A stretch of DNA of 64,000 nt from Planctomycetota bacterium (lineage in GTDB: Bacteria > Planctomycetota > UBA8108 > SXIK01). Made by a program: the position numbers and the translations under genes. Of this stretch, positions 46,943-57,405 are shown piece by piece; position 1 is the stretch's first letter, and the number at the start of each line of letters is the position of its first letter. The stretch lies in the NCBI GenBank assembly GCA_965223265.1, contig OZ244999.1, forward strand, positions 320,001-384,000, in the 5' to 3' direction. The notes below the pieces were generated by a model that did no database searches, had not been told where the DNA came from, and saw only the letters and a list, made by a program, of their open reading frames with translations.

Positions 46943-48040
46943 ATGCAGTCGGCACCTCGCTTCTCCCGCGTCGTCGGCGATCTACCCAGCGTCGTCCCCT
47001 TCGTGGGACCGGAAGCGATCGAGCGCCGTACGCGGCAGCCATTCGAGCTGCGTTTGGGCGCGAACGAAAGTGACTTTGGTGTGTCGCCGGCGGCGCGCAA
47101 GGCCCTCGAGTCGGCTGCTGCACTGACGCCGCATTACTGCGACCCCGAGAACTTCGAGTTGCGCCAGGAGCTAGCAGCAATCCACGGCGTTGCCATCGAG
47201 AACGTGCTCGTGGCCAGCGGTATCGATGACTTGCTTGGCCTTGCTGTACGTGTTTTCGGCGATCCGGACGCGAGCATGGTGACGACGGCGGGCACCTACC
47301 CGACGTTCGACTACCACGTCAGCGGGTTCGGCTGCCGTCTCGTGCAGGTGCCCTATGACGGATTCCAGCCTGATCTCGCGGCGCTCATTCGCGCTGCGAT
47401 CGATTGCGACGCCCGCATCCTCTATCTTGCGAACCCTGACAATCCGACCGGGTATTTCCACGGCCTCGGCTCGGTCAGCTCGTTTCTCGATTCTTTGCCG
47501 GGGCGCACCGCGCTCATTTACGATGAGGCGTATCTCGACTTCGTACCGCCGGCGGAGGCGATGCCGCTCGCAGTGGACGACTGGCGAATTGTCCGGCTGC
47601 GGACCTTCTCCAAGGCCCACGGAATGGCAGGGCTCAGAATCGGCTACGCCATCGCGCACCAAGACGTCATTGGCGCCTTCGAACGCGTGCGGCTCCACTT
47701 TGGAGTGAATTTGCTGGCGCAGCAGGCTGCACTCGCATCGCTGCGCGATCCGCAGTTCGTTCGTGGCGTCGTCTCGGCAGTGGCCGCGGGACGCGATGAC
47801 TATTCAGCGCTCGGGAGCGAGCTCGGCGTCACTGCGCTTCCTTCGTCGAGCAACTTCGTTTCGTTCGACATGGAAACTGCCTCACGGGCGCGGCAGACAC
47901 TTGAAGCGCTTCAGTCCCGCGGCGTCTTTGTGCGCAGCGGCCGCCTGTCACCCGTCGATCGTCTGGTCCGTGTCACCGTCGCCCAGCCATCGGGGCGCGA
48001 TCGTTTCGCACGCACCTTTCGCGAGGTTGTCTCCTTGTAG
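46943..48040 (+). CDS. PLP-dependent class I/II aminotransferase (HisC-like)
   Basis: LGANES, YLANPDNPTG, DEAY.DF, RTFSKAHGMAGLRIGY, SSNFV. Confidence 0.9.
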   Translation: MQSAPRFSRVVGDLPSVVPFVGPEAIERRTRQPFELRLGANESDFGVSPAARKALESAAALTPHYCDPENFELRQELAAIHGVAIENVLVASGIDDLLGLAVRVFGDPDASMVTTAGTYPTFDYHVSGFGCRLVQVPYDGFQPDLAALIRAAIDCDARILYLANPDNPTGYFHGLGSVSSFLDSLPGRTALIYDEAYLDFVPPAEAMPLAVDDWRIVRLRTFSKAHGMAGLRIGYAIAHQDVIGAFERVRLHFGVNLLAQQAALASLRDPQFVRGVVSAVAAGRDDYSALGSELGVTALPSSSNFVSFDMETASRARQTLEALQSRGVFVRSGRLSPVDRLVRVTVAQPSGRDRFARTFREVVSL

Positions 48041-48278
48041 ATTGTGGGAGGAGATCGCGTCAGCATGCGCGTCGCTGCGGCCCCGTGCCTGTCGACGTGC
48101 ATTCACGGCGCCTTTGCGATACCATTTCATACAGCTTGATACAGCCACCACAGGTTCGTTGGCTGGTTGGTCTCAAGGGCATTGCTGCGCAGCAAGGAAG
48201 GCCACGTCCTGACTCCGCCGCGCCGCGTCGCGCCCGTTGATTGCACTCCCATCGTTTTTCGCTTGGATCCATCACACT

Positions 48279-51200
48279 ATGAGACAGAGATCTACGCTGA
48301 ACATCGTTTCACTAACGATCGTGTCGTTTCTCGTTTTCCAGTCCGCAGGCGTTGCTGCGGACTGGCCGATGTGGCGCTATGACGCCGGCCGTCGCGGTGC
48401 TTCGCCCGAAGAGCTTCCGAAGACGCTACACCTTCACTGGGTTCTAGAGCTCCCGCCGCCCGACCCTGCATGGCCAACCAACCAAGAGAAGCTGCAGTTC
48501 GATCGTCTCTACGAGCCCGTTCTCATGGGGGGGACGCTGTTCGTACCTTCGATGATCTCCGACAAGCTCACCGCGTACGACAGCGACACTGGAGCGGAGA
48601 GATGGAAATTCTTCGCCGAGGGGCCGATCCGATTTGCCGCGGTCGCTTCGCAAGGGAGAGTGTACTTCGCTTCGGACGACGGGCACCTCTACTGCTTGAA
48701 TGCGGTCGACGGATCGCTGCAGTGGAAGTTTCGCGGCGGACCACGGGACCGCAAGCTCTTGGGGAACGATCGATTGATCAGTGCGTGGCCGGCGCGTGGT
48801 GGGCCCGTCCTACTTGACGACTCGATCTACTTCGGTGCGAGCATATGGCCGTTCATGGGCGTCTTCCTCCACTCACTGGACGCCGCGTCCGGCCAGGTGC
48901 TTTGGACGAACAGCGGCACAGGTTCAACGTACTTGGTCCAGCAGCACAACAGTCCGGCTTTCGCTGGCGTCGCACCGCAAGGCTACCTCGCCGCGGCTGG
49001 CGATAAGTTGGTCGTGGCCGGCGGCCGGACGATTCCGGCAACCTTTGATCGCAAGAGCGGCGAGCTACTCCACTTCAACGTCTCGAGCCGTGTCATGGGG
49101 AGTAAGGGCGGCGGCGGCTACGAAGCGATCGTTGGCGACGATTTCTACCTCAATCGCGGCTGTATGTATCGTCTCGACAACGGCGCTTTCGTCGGCAACG
49201 TTGACGCCATGATCGTCAGTCCGTTTTCCATCATCGGCAAGGACGCGGACGGCATCAAAGGGTTCAAGACTGGCTGGGAGACCCTTGAAACGAAGGATGC
49301 TCGTGGCAATCCGGTCAAGAAAACGGTCGTGCCGGCATCCTGGACGACACCTCTCGACGCAGAGATCAAGCAGGTCTTCGTCAAGAGCGGCAGCCGCCTC
49401 TACTGCACTGCAGCCGACAGTGCCGTGATCGCCGTCGACTTGCCGCAGCTCGACCGTGGTGCCGGCGTCGGGTGGCGGATGCAGCTGCCCGATGAACCTC
49501 TGAACATGATCACGGGCGACGGGAAGCTCTTCGTGTCGACGGCGCAGGGCAGGATTTACTGCTTTGGCGGCGAAGATCGCGGCGTTCCTTTGCCGGCGAG
49601 CCGCGAAGTGGCAGCCGAGAAGAGTCGCGTCGATCTGGATTTCGGTGTTGTCGACGAGTGGACGCAACTCGCTGGTCAAATTCTGCGGCGAACCTCCACA
49701 GGCGCTGGCTACTGCGTCGCGCTCGGTGTCGGCAGCGGTCGACTTGTCGAAGAGCTACTGCGACAGTCGGAGCTGCACGTCATCGTGGTCGAGCCGGATG
49801 CCGCGCGTGTTGACGCGTTTCGCCGAAGCATGGATCAACGGCGCGCCTATGGGCGCCGTGTCGCCGCAGTCATTGGCGAGCCGCTGGGTGCCGAGTTGCC
49901 CCGGTACATGGCGGAACTCGTCGTCAGTGAAGACAAGGACGCGGCTGGGTTCGCAGATGACCCTAAGTTCATCGAGCGAGTTTTCGATGTTCTACGCCCG
50001 TTCTCAGGGTCTGCAGCTTTTGTCTGCTCGCAGGCCGAATACGACGACCTGCGGCAACGTGTCGCGGGCGCCAAGCTCGACCAAGGACGCGTGACTCGGT
50101 CTGGTCGGCTCGCCGTGATCGAAAGATTCGACGCGCCGTCCGGCTCCGGTGATTGGACGCACCAGTACGGCAACGCAGCCAACACCGTGACGTCGATTGA
50201 CGCGCGCGTGCGGACGCCCCTGGGGCTCCTCTGGTTCGGCGGACCGTCGAACGCCGCCGTGCTGCCGCGGCACGGGCACGGGCCAACGCCGCAGGTCTCT
50301 GGTGGGCGCCTATACATCGAAGGGCGTGACATGATCCGCGCCATGGACATCTACACTGGCCGCGTCGCCTGGGAGCGCGAGCTCCAGGGCGTCGGCAAGC
50401 ACTACGACTACACGAGTCATGAACCGGGCGCGAACTTGATCGGCAGCAACTACGTTTCGATGTCCGACGGTGTGTACGTCGTCCACGACGACCGATGCCT
50501 TCGTCTCGATCCCGTCACCGGCGAAACCATCGCCACCTTCGAGCTTCCTGCGAGCGGTTCAGCCAGCAGCGTTTCTGGCGATTCCTCTGCGGAGGCGCCG
50601 AAGCCGGCAAGGCCGGCTTGGGGTTACATCGGAATCGACGGCGACGTGCTCATCGGCGGAGCGCAGCCGACGAGCGACCAGACTCCAGAATACCACGATC
50701 GCGAGCTCCGGCGCATGCGAGGTGGCGTCGCCGAGACGCTGAAGATTTTCAAGTCACTCCGGGGCTTTCGATTCTTGGCGCCGATCAAGGACGACGCTCC
50801 ACACGAGCAGGCGTCTAGGTTCATCGGCGACCACGTCAATCTCTTGCTACTTGACGATGACATGGTCGCAAGGATTCCCCTCAAAGCACGATTTCGCGCC
50901 GAAGGTGCAGAAGAGGTGGAGAAGAAGCTCAAGGAGTATCTCGAGGCGGTTCCTGGGCGCACGGCGACAGATCACGAGGCGCTCGTACTGAAGCGGGAGT
51001 TGCTACACCTCTATTTCGGTTGGCCTAAGTACGTGCCGGCTACGGCCGGAAAATTCGGCAGCACGCTACGAGCGCAAAGCAAAAAACTCGTGGCGATGAA
51101 TCGGTACAGTGGGCGAATCCTGTGGGAGCATGAGGCGAAGCACCAGATTCGTCACAACTCGATCACTGTCGGCGGCGGCACGGTGTTCTACATCGACCGA

Positions 51201-53111
51201 TTGTCGAAGTCTCGTGAGAGTCACTTCCGCCGTCGTGGCTTGCCAATCCCATCGAATCCTAGTGTCACGGCTCTCGCGCTGGCAACCGGAGACGTTGTGT
51301 GGCGGGCCGACGAACGCGTCTTTGGAACGTGGCTTGGCTATTCCGAGGAGCACGACGTGCTTCTTCAGGCCGGCAGCCGTGCTTCAGATCGCGCCACGGA
51401 TGAAATCGGCAAAGGGATGGTCGTCTACCGCGGCTCAACCGGAGATGTCCTGTGGCAGAACGAGCTCGACTACAGCGGACCGTGTCTGCTGCTCGGCGAT
51501 CGGGTGATCACACAAGGCTACAGGCAGCCTGGCTTTTCGCTGAGCATCCTTACCGGCGAGATGGAAAAGCGAAGCCATCCGCTTTCCGGTGTCGACACGA
51601 CGTGGATGTATACGCGCAACTACGGCTGCAATACCGCCATCGGTGCTCCGAATCTGCTGACTTTTCGATCCGCCGCCGCCGGTTACTATGATCTTGCCGG
51701 CGACAGCGGCACCGGGAATTTCGGCGGTTTTCGTGCTGGCTGCACGTCCAACCTGATTCCGGCCGGAGGCATCCTCAACGCGCCCGACTATACGCGTACG
51801 TGCACGTGCTCGTACCAAAACCAAGCGTCGCTTGCGCTTGTTCATATGCCTGAGGTCGAGACGTGGACGTTCAGCCCCTACCTGGATGATGGCGAAGCTG
51901 TGCGTCGTGTCGGGCTCAATTTTGGGGCACCGGGCGATCGACTCAGTGAGGGCGGCACCCGTTGGCTCGACTTTCCCAGTGTCGGCGGCAACTCGCCGGA
52001 TCTCGACGCTGCTGTGATCAGCGGCGAGGCAACGAAGTACGTTCGCCATCACCCCACATACATAACAGGTGGCGACTTGCCATGGGTCGCCGCTTCTGCG
52101 TGGCGCGGCGAAGGTCAGCTCCTCGTCCGTCTTGCACCGCTGCGAGTTCAATCGATCCCGAACGAAATCACCGGTGGTGCGCCCTTGGCGGTCAGCGATG
52201 CTTTGGTTTCCGTCCAGGTGCCTCCCGTTGCGGCGGCGAGCTCACGGCCCCAAGAACGCTCACTTCAAGCCAAAGCGAAGGCGAAGACGATGGCTGTGAT
52301 CGCACCGGATTCGAGTTTGGCCACGAGCAGCATCACGGTCGAACTATGGGTTCGAGTTGACGGTGACGTGACGTTTGTCGACGCGAGCGGCGAAGCCGAC
52401 GGAATCGCGCAGGGTTTCATCTTGGATCAACGCAAACTGCGTGCTCGCTATGTCGTAGCCAATGAGGCTGGCGATCAGTCTGAAGAAGACGTTGTCATCG
52501 TTGAAAGTGGCGACACGATCGCCCGAGCGACGTGGGCGCATGTGGCGTTCAGCTATGACTCGAAAACCGGCGTTGGCACCCTGTTGATCGACGGTAAGGT
52601 CGTTGGAACTCACGATGGACCTGACAATCGTTCCCTCTGGTGGGGAAGCGAGCCACCAGCGTTCAAGATCGGTCATGGGGGTGCCTCGACAGGGACCCAC
52701 CTCGACGAGCTGCGGATCTGTCGCGCTGCACTCGGCGCCGAGGAGCTTCGCGTGCGCACTGAAGCTGAGATCGACGCGGCGAAAGTGATCGGGGAGTGGC
52801 GTATGAGGCCGGAGACGACTGACACGCCAGCGCGGCGTTACACGGCGCGGCTTGTGTTCGCGGAACTCGAGGATCGTCAGCCAGGCGAGCGCCGATTTGA
52901 CGTGCTTCTTCAGGGCTCGAAGCGCCTTGATGGCTTTGATATCGCGCGCGAGGCGGGCGCTGTGCGCCAAAGTGTCGTGAAGGAATTCCGCGGCATCGAA
53001 GTGACAGACAGTCTCTCCGTCATCTTGCGTGCGGCCGACGGCAGCAACGCGCAGCCGCTTCTCTGCGGCCTCGAGCTGGTCGAAGAAGAGGTGACGGCGT
53101 CAGGGGATTGA
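48279..53111 (+). CDS. Large secreted PQQ-like beta-propeller protein with methyltransferase-like, LamG and malectin domains
   Basis: DWPMWRYD, G...W.F repeats, GYCV.LG.GSG.L, WTHQYG, R.YGCN, APDY.RTC.CSY, ITVELWV...W.HVAFSYD...LDELRI, Y..RL.FAE....GERRFDV..QG. Confidence 0.88.
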   Translation: MRQRSTLNIVSLTIVSFLVFQSAGVAADWPMWRYDAGRRGASPEELPKTLHLHWVLELPPPDPAWPTNQEKLQFDRLYEPVLMGGTLFVPSMISDKLTAYDSDTGAERWKFFAEGPIRFAAVASQGRVYFASDDGHLYCLNAVDGSLQWKFRGGPRDRKLLGNDRLISAWPARGGPVLLDDSIYFGASIWPFMGVFLHSLDAASGQVLWTNSGTGSTYLVQQHNSPAFAGVAPQGYLAAAGDKLVVAGGRTIPATFDRKSGELLHFNVSSRVMGSKGGGGYEAIVGDDFYLNRGCMYRLDNGAFVGNVDAMIVSPFSIIGKDADGIKGFKTGWETLETKDARGNPVKKTVVPASWTTPLDAEIKQVFVKSGSRLYCTAADSAVIAVDLPQLDRGAGVGWRMQLPDEPLNMITGDGKLFVSTAQGRIYCFGGEDRGVPLPASREVAAEKSRVDLDFGVVDEWTQLAGQILRRTSTGAGYCVALGVGSGRLVEELLRQSELHVIVVEPDAARVDAFRRSMDQRRAYGRRVAAVIGEPLGAELPRYMAELVVSEDKDAAGFADDPKFIERVFDVLRPFSGSAAFVCSQAEYDDLRQRVAGAKLDQGRVTRSGRLAVIERFDAPSGSGDWTHQYGNAANTVTSIDARVRTPLGLLWFGGPSNAAVLPRHGHGPTPQVSGGRLYIEGRDMIRAMDIYTGRVAWERELQGVGKHYDYTSHEPGANLIGSNYVSMSDGVYVVHDDRCLRLDPVTGETIATFELPASGSASSVSGDSSAEAPKPARPAWGYIGIDGDVLIGGAQPTSDQTPEYHDRELRRMRGGVAETLKIFKSLRGFRFLAPIKDDAPHEQASRFIGDHVNLLLLDDDMVARIPLKARFRAEGAEEVEKKLKEYLEAVPGRTATDHEALVLKRELLHLYFGWPKYVPATAGKFGSTLRAQSKKLVAMNRYSGRILWEHEAKHQIRHNSITVGGGTVFYIDRLSKSRESHFRRRGLPIPSNPSVTALALATGDVVWRADERVFGTWLGYSEEHDVLLQAGSRASDRATDEIGKGMVVYRGSTGDVLWQNELDYSGPCLLLGDRVITQGYRQPGFSLSILTGEMEKRSHPLSGVDTTWMYTRNYGCNTAIGAPNLLTFRSAAAGYYDLAGDSGTGNFGGFRAGCTSNLIPAGGILNAPDYTRTCTCSYQNQASLALVHMPEVETWTFSPYLDDGEAVRRVGLNFGAPGDRLSEGGTRWLDFPSVGGNSPDLDAAVISGEATKYVRHHPTYITGGDLPWVAASAWRGEGQLLVRLAPLRVQSIPNEITGGAPLAVSDALVSVQVPPVAAASSRPQERSLQAKAKAKTMAVIAPDSSLATSSITVELWVRVDGDVTFVDASGEADGIAQGFILDQRKLRARYVVANEAGDQSEEDVVIVESGDTIARATWAHVAFSYDSKTGVGTLLIDGKVVGTHDGPDNRSLWWGSEPPAFKIGHGGASTGTHLDELRICRAALGAEELRVRTEAEIDAAKVIGEWRMRPETTDTPARRYTARLVFAELEDRQPGERRFDVLLQGSKRLDGFDIAREAGAVRQSVVKEFRGIEVTDSLSVILRAADGSNAQPLLCGLELVEEEVTASGD

Positions 53112-53129
53112 GGTGAGCACGCGAGACGC

Positions 53130-53192
53130 GTAGCAGGCACCCGCGTGATGCCTTCCGCACTGCGGAGTTGCGCGCGGAACGTGCCTGCCATC
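53130..53192. repeat. Degenerate inverted REP pair between convergent genes
   Basis: gtagcaggcac ... gtgcctgccat arms. Confidence 0.6.
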
Positions 53193-53201
53193 GCTCGCGC
53201 T

Positions 53202-54284
53202 TTACTTCTTCGGCGCTGGTAAGTGATACCCTTCGTTGTTCAACTGGATGCGGTATAGACTCTTGCCGGCAGTAATGTAGAGCGTCTTCGCGTCGCGGCC
53301 GCGCCCGAACCCGACGTTCGTCGGGATCTCGGTCGGAATGTATGCCAGCTCTTTTCCTTTCGGCGAGTAGACCACGATGCCGGGACGAGTTTCGTCGCGA
53401 ACGGCGACGTACAGATTGCCTTCAGTGTCGACGACAAGGCCGTCGGGACCGTCCTCAGGGTAGTAGTCGACGAGCGTCTCGCGGAACTTGGCGCTGCCGT
53501 CAGGCATCAAGTCATAAGCCATGAGCGCCATCCGCCCCTTGTGCGGTGGGGCGTCGTCCGGCGTTAGCCGATCGAATCCCGTGGCGCCGTTGTCGTTGCT
53601 CACGACGTAGAGGGTTTTTTGGTCCGGCGAGATGGCAACGCCGTTCGGCTTGCCGGCGTCGGTGATGATGCGATGGATCGATAGGTCTCGGTCGATACGG
53701 TAGACCGCCATCACTGGTTGATCGACTGGTTCGTGCCCAAGGTAGCGGGGATCGCTGAAGTAGATCCGGCCGCGTTCGTCGATCGTGATGTCGTTCGGCG
53801 CGTTGAAGGGCCGCCCTTCGTAGAGCCCCGCGATCACGTACGTCTTGCCGGTCGTCATATCAGTGCGCGTGACGCGCCGTCCACCGTAGTCGGCACCCTC
53901 GGCGACGATCATGTTGCCCGCGGCGTCGAACTTGATGCCGTTCGACATGCCGCTCGGTGATCGATAGACGGTCGCCGTGCCTCTGCGTGGGTCATACTTC
54001 CAGATGTTGCCGGCCTGAACCGCGCCGTCCGAGTCGGCGCATTGAAACGTAAATGTGATGTCGCTGAAGTAGACCATTCCATCTGGCGCCACGGCGACGC
54101 CTTCAGTGAGGATGCACGCTCCATCGAAAAGCTTTTCCAGCTTCGCGCCTGCCGGCACGATCTTGTCGTCTGCTGCGTCGAGCGCGGCGCCCGACGCAAT
54201 GACGTAAAAAACCGCCAAGCAGGCGTGAGACGCGATAGCGGAGAACTTAGTCGACACTGGCAGCTTCAAAGCCTCACAGTTCAT
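53202..54284 (-). CDS. SMP-30/gluconolactonase family protein
   Basis: TEG, YFSDI, SNG, FNAPND...D..GRIYFSDP, PNG.A.SPD..TLYV, GPDG...D.EGNLY, PTN..FG. Confidence 0.93.
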   Translation of the reverse strand: MNCEALKLPVSTKFSAIASHACLAVFYVIASGAALDAADDKIVPAGAKLEKLFDGACILTEGVAVAPDGMVYFSDITFTFQCADSDGAVQAGNIWKYDPRRGTATVYRSPSGMSNGIKFDAAGNMIVAEGADYGGRRVTRTDMTTGKTYVIAGLYEGRPFNAPNDITIDERGRIYFSDPRYLGHEPVDQPVMAVYRIDRDLSIHRIITDAGKPNGVAISPDQKTLYVVSNDNGATGFDRLTPDDAPPHKGRMALMAYDLMPDGSAKFRETLVDYYPEDGPDGLVVDTEGNLYVAVRDETRPGIVVYSPKGKELAYIPTEIPTNVGFGRGRDAKTLYITAGKSLYRIQLNNEGYHLPAPKK

Positions 54285-54572
54285 GATGCTCCTTTCGAAA
54301 CGAGGCGCGGCGGTTTCCGTCTCAGCGCTGAGTCCATTCGCACCGACAGAACCGCTGCAAAAAGCGTAGAACTAGGAATACGACCCGCACATATCTTAGC
54401 TCGGTCGATTCGTGAGATTCTATAGCGAGGCCATGGTGCGAAGCTGAAACTCAACAGCGCGTGTTCGCCTCAGTGTCGGAGACGATCCTTCCGTCGCGTC
54501 GAGGTGGATTCTCAACGCAGCCGCCGGTTAGACTGTTGCGCGGCGATTTTTACCCCAACTGGAGGTCACAAC

Positions 54573-55691
54573 GTGGGTCTCTTCGACAAGCTTCGCGGTG
54601 AGTTCATCGACATCATCGAATGGATCGATGACTCTCGGCACACCCTCGTCTGGCGCTTCCCGCGCTACCACAATCAGATTAAAAATGGCGCCCAGCTGAT
54701 CGTCCGTCCGGGTCAGGTTGCGGTCTTCGTCCACGAAGGGCGCCTCGCGGACGTCTTCGAGCCTGGGCGATACGAACTGACCACAAACAACCTGCCGATT
54801 CTCAGCACTCTACTTGGGTGGAAATACGGCTTCGACAGTCCATTCAAGTGCGAAGTCTACTTCGTGAGCACGCGCCAGGTAACCGACCTCAAGTGGGGCA
54901 CGCCGAACCCAGTCATCTTGCGTGACGCGGATTTCGGCCCGGTGCGCGTGCGTGCATTCGGGACGTACGTGCTCAAAGCGACCGACCCGAAAGCTCTGCT
55001 GAAGGAACTCGTTGGTGCCGACAGTGCTGTCGACGCCGAGGAGATCGGTGAGCTGATGCGCTCCACGATTGTAACCGCCTTCGCAGACATGATCGGCGAG
55101 TCTAAGATCGCCGTGCTCGACTTGGCCGCGAACTATCGTGAGCTCTCAGAGAAACTGCGGCAGCTCGTCGTGCAGCGCATCGACGACGAGTACGGGCTCG
55201 ACGTACCGCAATTCTTTATCGTCAACGTCTCGCTTCCGGAGGAAGTCGAGAAGTCGCTCGACACTCGTACGAGCATGGAAGTTGTCGGAGACATGGGGCG
55301 CTTCCAGCAGTACCAGCTTGGAAACGCGATGGTGCAAGCTGCCCAGAATCCGGCTGGCGGCGGCGCAGCCGAGGGCATGGGGCTTGGGATGGGCTTCGCG
55401 ATGGCGCAGCGCATGGCGGAGGGTATGGGAAGCGGGTCATTGATGCCGCCGCCAGCGCCCATGGCACCCCAGTGGCATATCGCCGTGAACGGTCAGACGC
55501 AGGGCCCGTTCGCCATCGCGCAGATCGCCTCCGGCATCGCTTCCGGGCAGATCGAGCGAAATACGTTTGTCTGGACCGCCGGCATGTCGGGCTGGGTCGC
55601 AGCCGGTGACGTACCGCAGCTTGCGGGATATTTTGCCGTGCCGCCCCCGCCACCTCCGCCGCCTCCGCCACCAAAAGCAGCGGAAAAGTAG
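54573..55691 (+). CDS. SPFH-domain protein (YdjI-like) with C-terminal GYF_2 domain
   Basis: GEFIDIIEW, LIVR.GQ.AVF..EG, W..GF.SPFK.EVYF, KWGT.NP, VR.RAFG; W....NG...GPF...VW..GM..W; GGAGG RBS + GTG. Confidence 0.92.
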   Translation: MGLFDKLRGEFIDIIEWIDDSRHTLVWRFPRYHNQIKNGAQLIVRPGQVAVFVHEGRLADVFEPGRYELTTNNLPILSTLLGWKYGFDSPFKCEVYFVSTRQVTDLKWGTPNPVILRDADFGPVRVRAFGTYVLKATDPKALLKELVGADSAVDAEEIGELMRSTIVTAFADMIGESKIAVLDLAANYRELSEKLRQLVVQRIDDEYGLDVPQFFIVNVSLPEEVEKSLDTRTSMEVVGDMGRFQQYQLGNAMVQAAQNPAGGGAAEGMGLGMGFAMAQRMAEGMGSGSLMPPPAPMAPQWHIAVNGQTQGPFAIAQIASGIASGQIERNTFVWTAGMSGWVAAGDVPQLAGYFAVPPPPPPPPPPPKAAEK

Positions 55692-55773
55692 TGCTCCCAG
55701 GCGGTCTGCTGAGATGTCGTCGCGACCCCTGCATCGCGACCTCGCGGCGAAGTTCTTCTTTCAATCGGCTGTG

Positions 55774-56949
55774 ATGACTGATCTTCCCGAGACACCTCCT
55801 CCTGTGCCGCCGGATTTTCCGGTCGACAGCACGACCCAGCGTGCAGGTCAGCGAATCGACGAAGGCAAGGGCCGCATCTTTCCATGTGAGAAATGCGGCG
55901 CCGACTTGGCGTTTCATGTCGGTGAGCAGCAGCTCAAGTGTCCTTACTGCGCGTTCGTTAAAGAGCTCGATATCGGCGCCGACGAGCGCGTTGAGGAGCA
56001 GGACTTCCACGCCATGCTCGAGCGGCTCGCCGAGCTGCGCAGCGCTGGGCACGCGGGCGAGATGGACGGCGAAGAGGTTCGCTGCGAGGCGTGTGGCGCC
56101 AACGTTGTTTTTGCGGGGACTCTCACGAGCTCCGAGTGCGCGTACTGTGGCTCACCGGTTCAGCGCGAGAAGGGCCATCGCGCGGCGCATCGCGTGCCTG
56201 TCGACGGAGTGTTGCCGTTCAAGATCGAGCGGGCGAACGCGCAGGAGCGTTTCGGCGCTTGGGTGTCGTCGCGATGGTTTGCACCGTCTGCATTCCATCA
56301 GCGTAGTGTCGACGGCAAGTTTTCTGGGATCTATGTGCCCTACTGGACGTTCGACGCGATGACCGCAAATCGTTACTCGGGCGAGCGCGGTGAGCACTAT
56401 TGGGTGAGCACTGGGACGGGCAAAAATCGCACGCGGGTGCGGCGCACTCGTTGGTACTCCGCGAGTGGTTTCTTTCAGCGATTCTTCGACGACGTTCTTG
56501 TCTGCGCCTCCCGCGGTCTACCGCCGAAGCTCGTGCGGCGGCTCGATCCTTGGCCCCTGCAGTTTTGCATCCCGTTCACGCAGCAAGCGCTGGCGGGCTT
56601 TCTCGCCGAAACTTACCACGTTTCCCTGGAGGACGGTTTCGTGGAGGCGAAGGCGAACATCGATACCGCCATTCGCAGCGAAGTGAAGCACCGCATCGGC
56701 GGGGACGAGCAGAGAGTCGACTGGATCCGATCGCGATACGATGCGATCACCTACAAGCATCTGCTCCTACCGATCTGGCTGCTGGTGTATCGCTACCGAG
56801 AAAAGTCCTATCGTGTCCTGATCAACGCGTCGTCCGGCGAGGTCCAGGGCGAACGCCCATACAGCTGGGTGAAGATTCTTCTCGCAGCTCTCGTCCTCTT
56901 CGCTGTTGCTGGGGTGGTCGCCTATCTCGCGACGCGCTCGCACCGCTGA
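55774..56949 (+). CDS. Zinc-ribbon membrane protein (YdjG-like), partner of the SPFH protein
   Basis: Four CxxC motifs (CEKC, CPYC, CEAC, CAYC), G.Y.PYWTFD, FDD.LV.A, K..LLP.W, GE.QGERP.S..KI, C-terminal TM. Confidence 0.85.
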   Translation: MTDLPETPPPVPPDFPVDSTTQRAGQRIDEGKGRIFPCEKCGADLAFHVGEQQLKCPYCAFVKELDIGADERVEEQDFHAMLERLAELRSAGHAGEMDGEEVRCEACGANVVFAGTLTSSECAYCGSPVQREKGHRAAHRVPVDGVLPFKIERANAQERFGAWVSSRWFAPSAFHQRSVDGKFSGIYVPYWTFDAMTANRYSGERGEHYWVSTGTGKNRTRVRRTRWYSASGFFQRFFDDVLVCASRGLPPKLVRRLDPWPLQFCIPFTQQALAGFLAETYHVSLEDGFVEAKANIDTAIRSEVKHRIGGDEQRVDWIRSRYDAITYKHLLLPIWLLVYRYREKSYRVLINASSGEVQGERPYSWVKILLAALVLFAVAGVVAYLATRSHR

Positions 56950-57063
56950 GTCATCGCCCAACGCCGAGTCTGTGCATCACTTCCGTCGATCCAAAGGGCG
57001 CGTTTCTGTGGTGGACGCTCTTCCAGGAACGTTCTTGCCGCGGTTCTCTTATTCTCTGCGCAC

Positions 57064-57126
57064 CTCCGTGTCCTCCGTGGTGAAGAATTCTTCACTCTCG
57101 GAATTCTCACAACAGAGGACGCAGAG
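57064..57126. repeat. Palindromic intergenic element between convergent genes
   Basis: Arms ctccgtgtcctccgtggtga / tcacaacagaggacgcagag (16/20 complementary), overlapping a perfect 16-bp palindrome gtgaagaattcttcac (57080-57095). Confidence 0.65.
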
Positions 57127-57405
57127 TTTCTGATCAAGAACCATCGAGGTCTTTGCTTCGCGCCTTCCCTACGTACGCCCGCGTCGTCGTTGGTAAGACG
57201 CTCGTTGTTCCCGAAGTTCTCAGGCAGTGTCAAAAGTGACGCAGCGCGAGCTTTGTCCGCAGGCCAACCGTGGCAATTGCGGACCGGCGCTGGAAGGCGA
57301 TGTCCCTGATCTAGCCTAGCAGCTGTTGGAGGTTTACCGTGGAGCGTAGGGAAGCAAGCGAAGTAGCGATCCTCCCGCCTCTCCGCGCTACGGCGCGCGC
57401 CGGCG

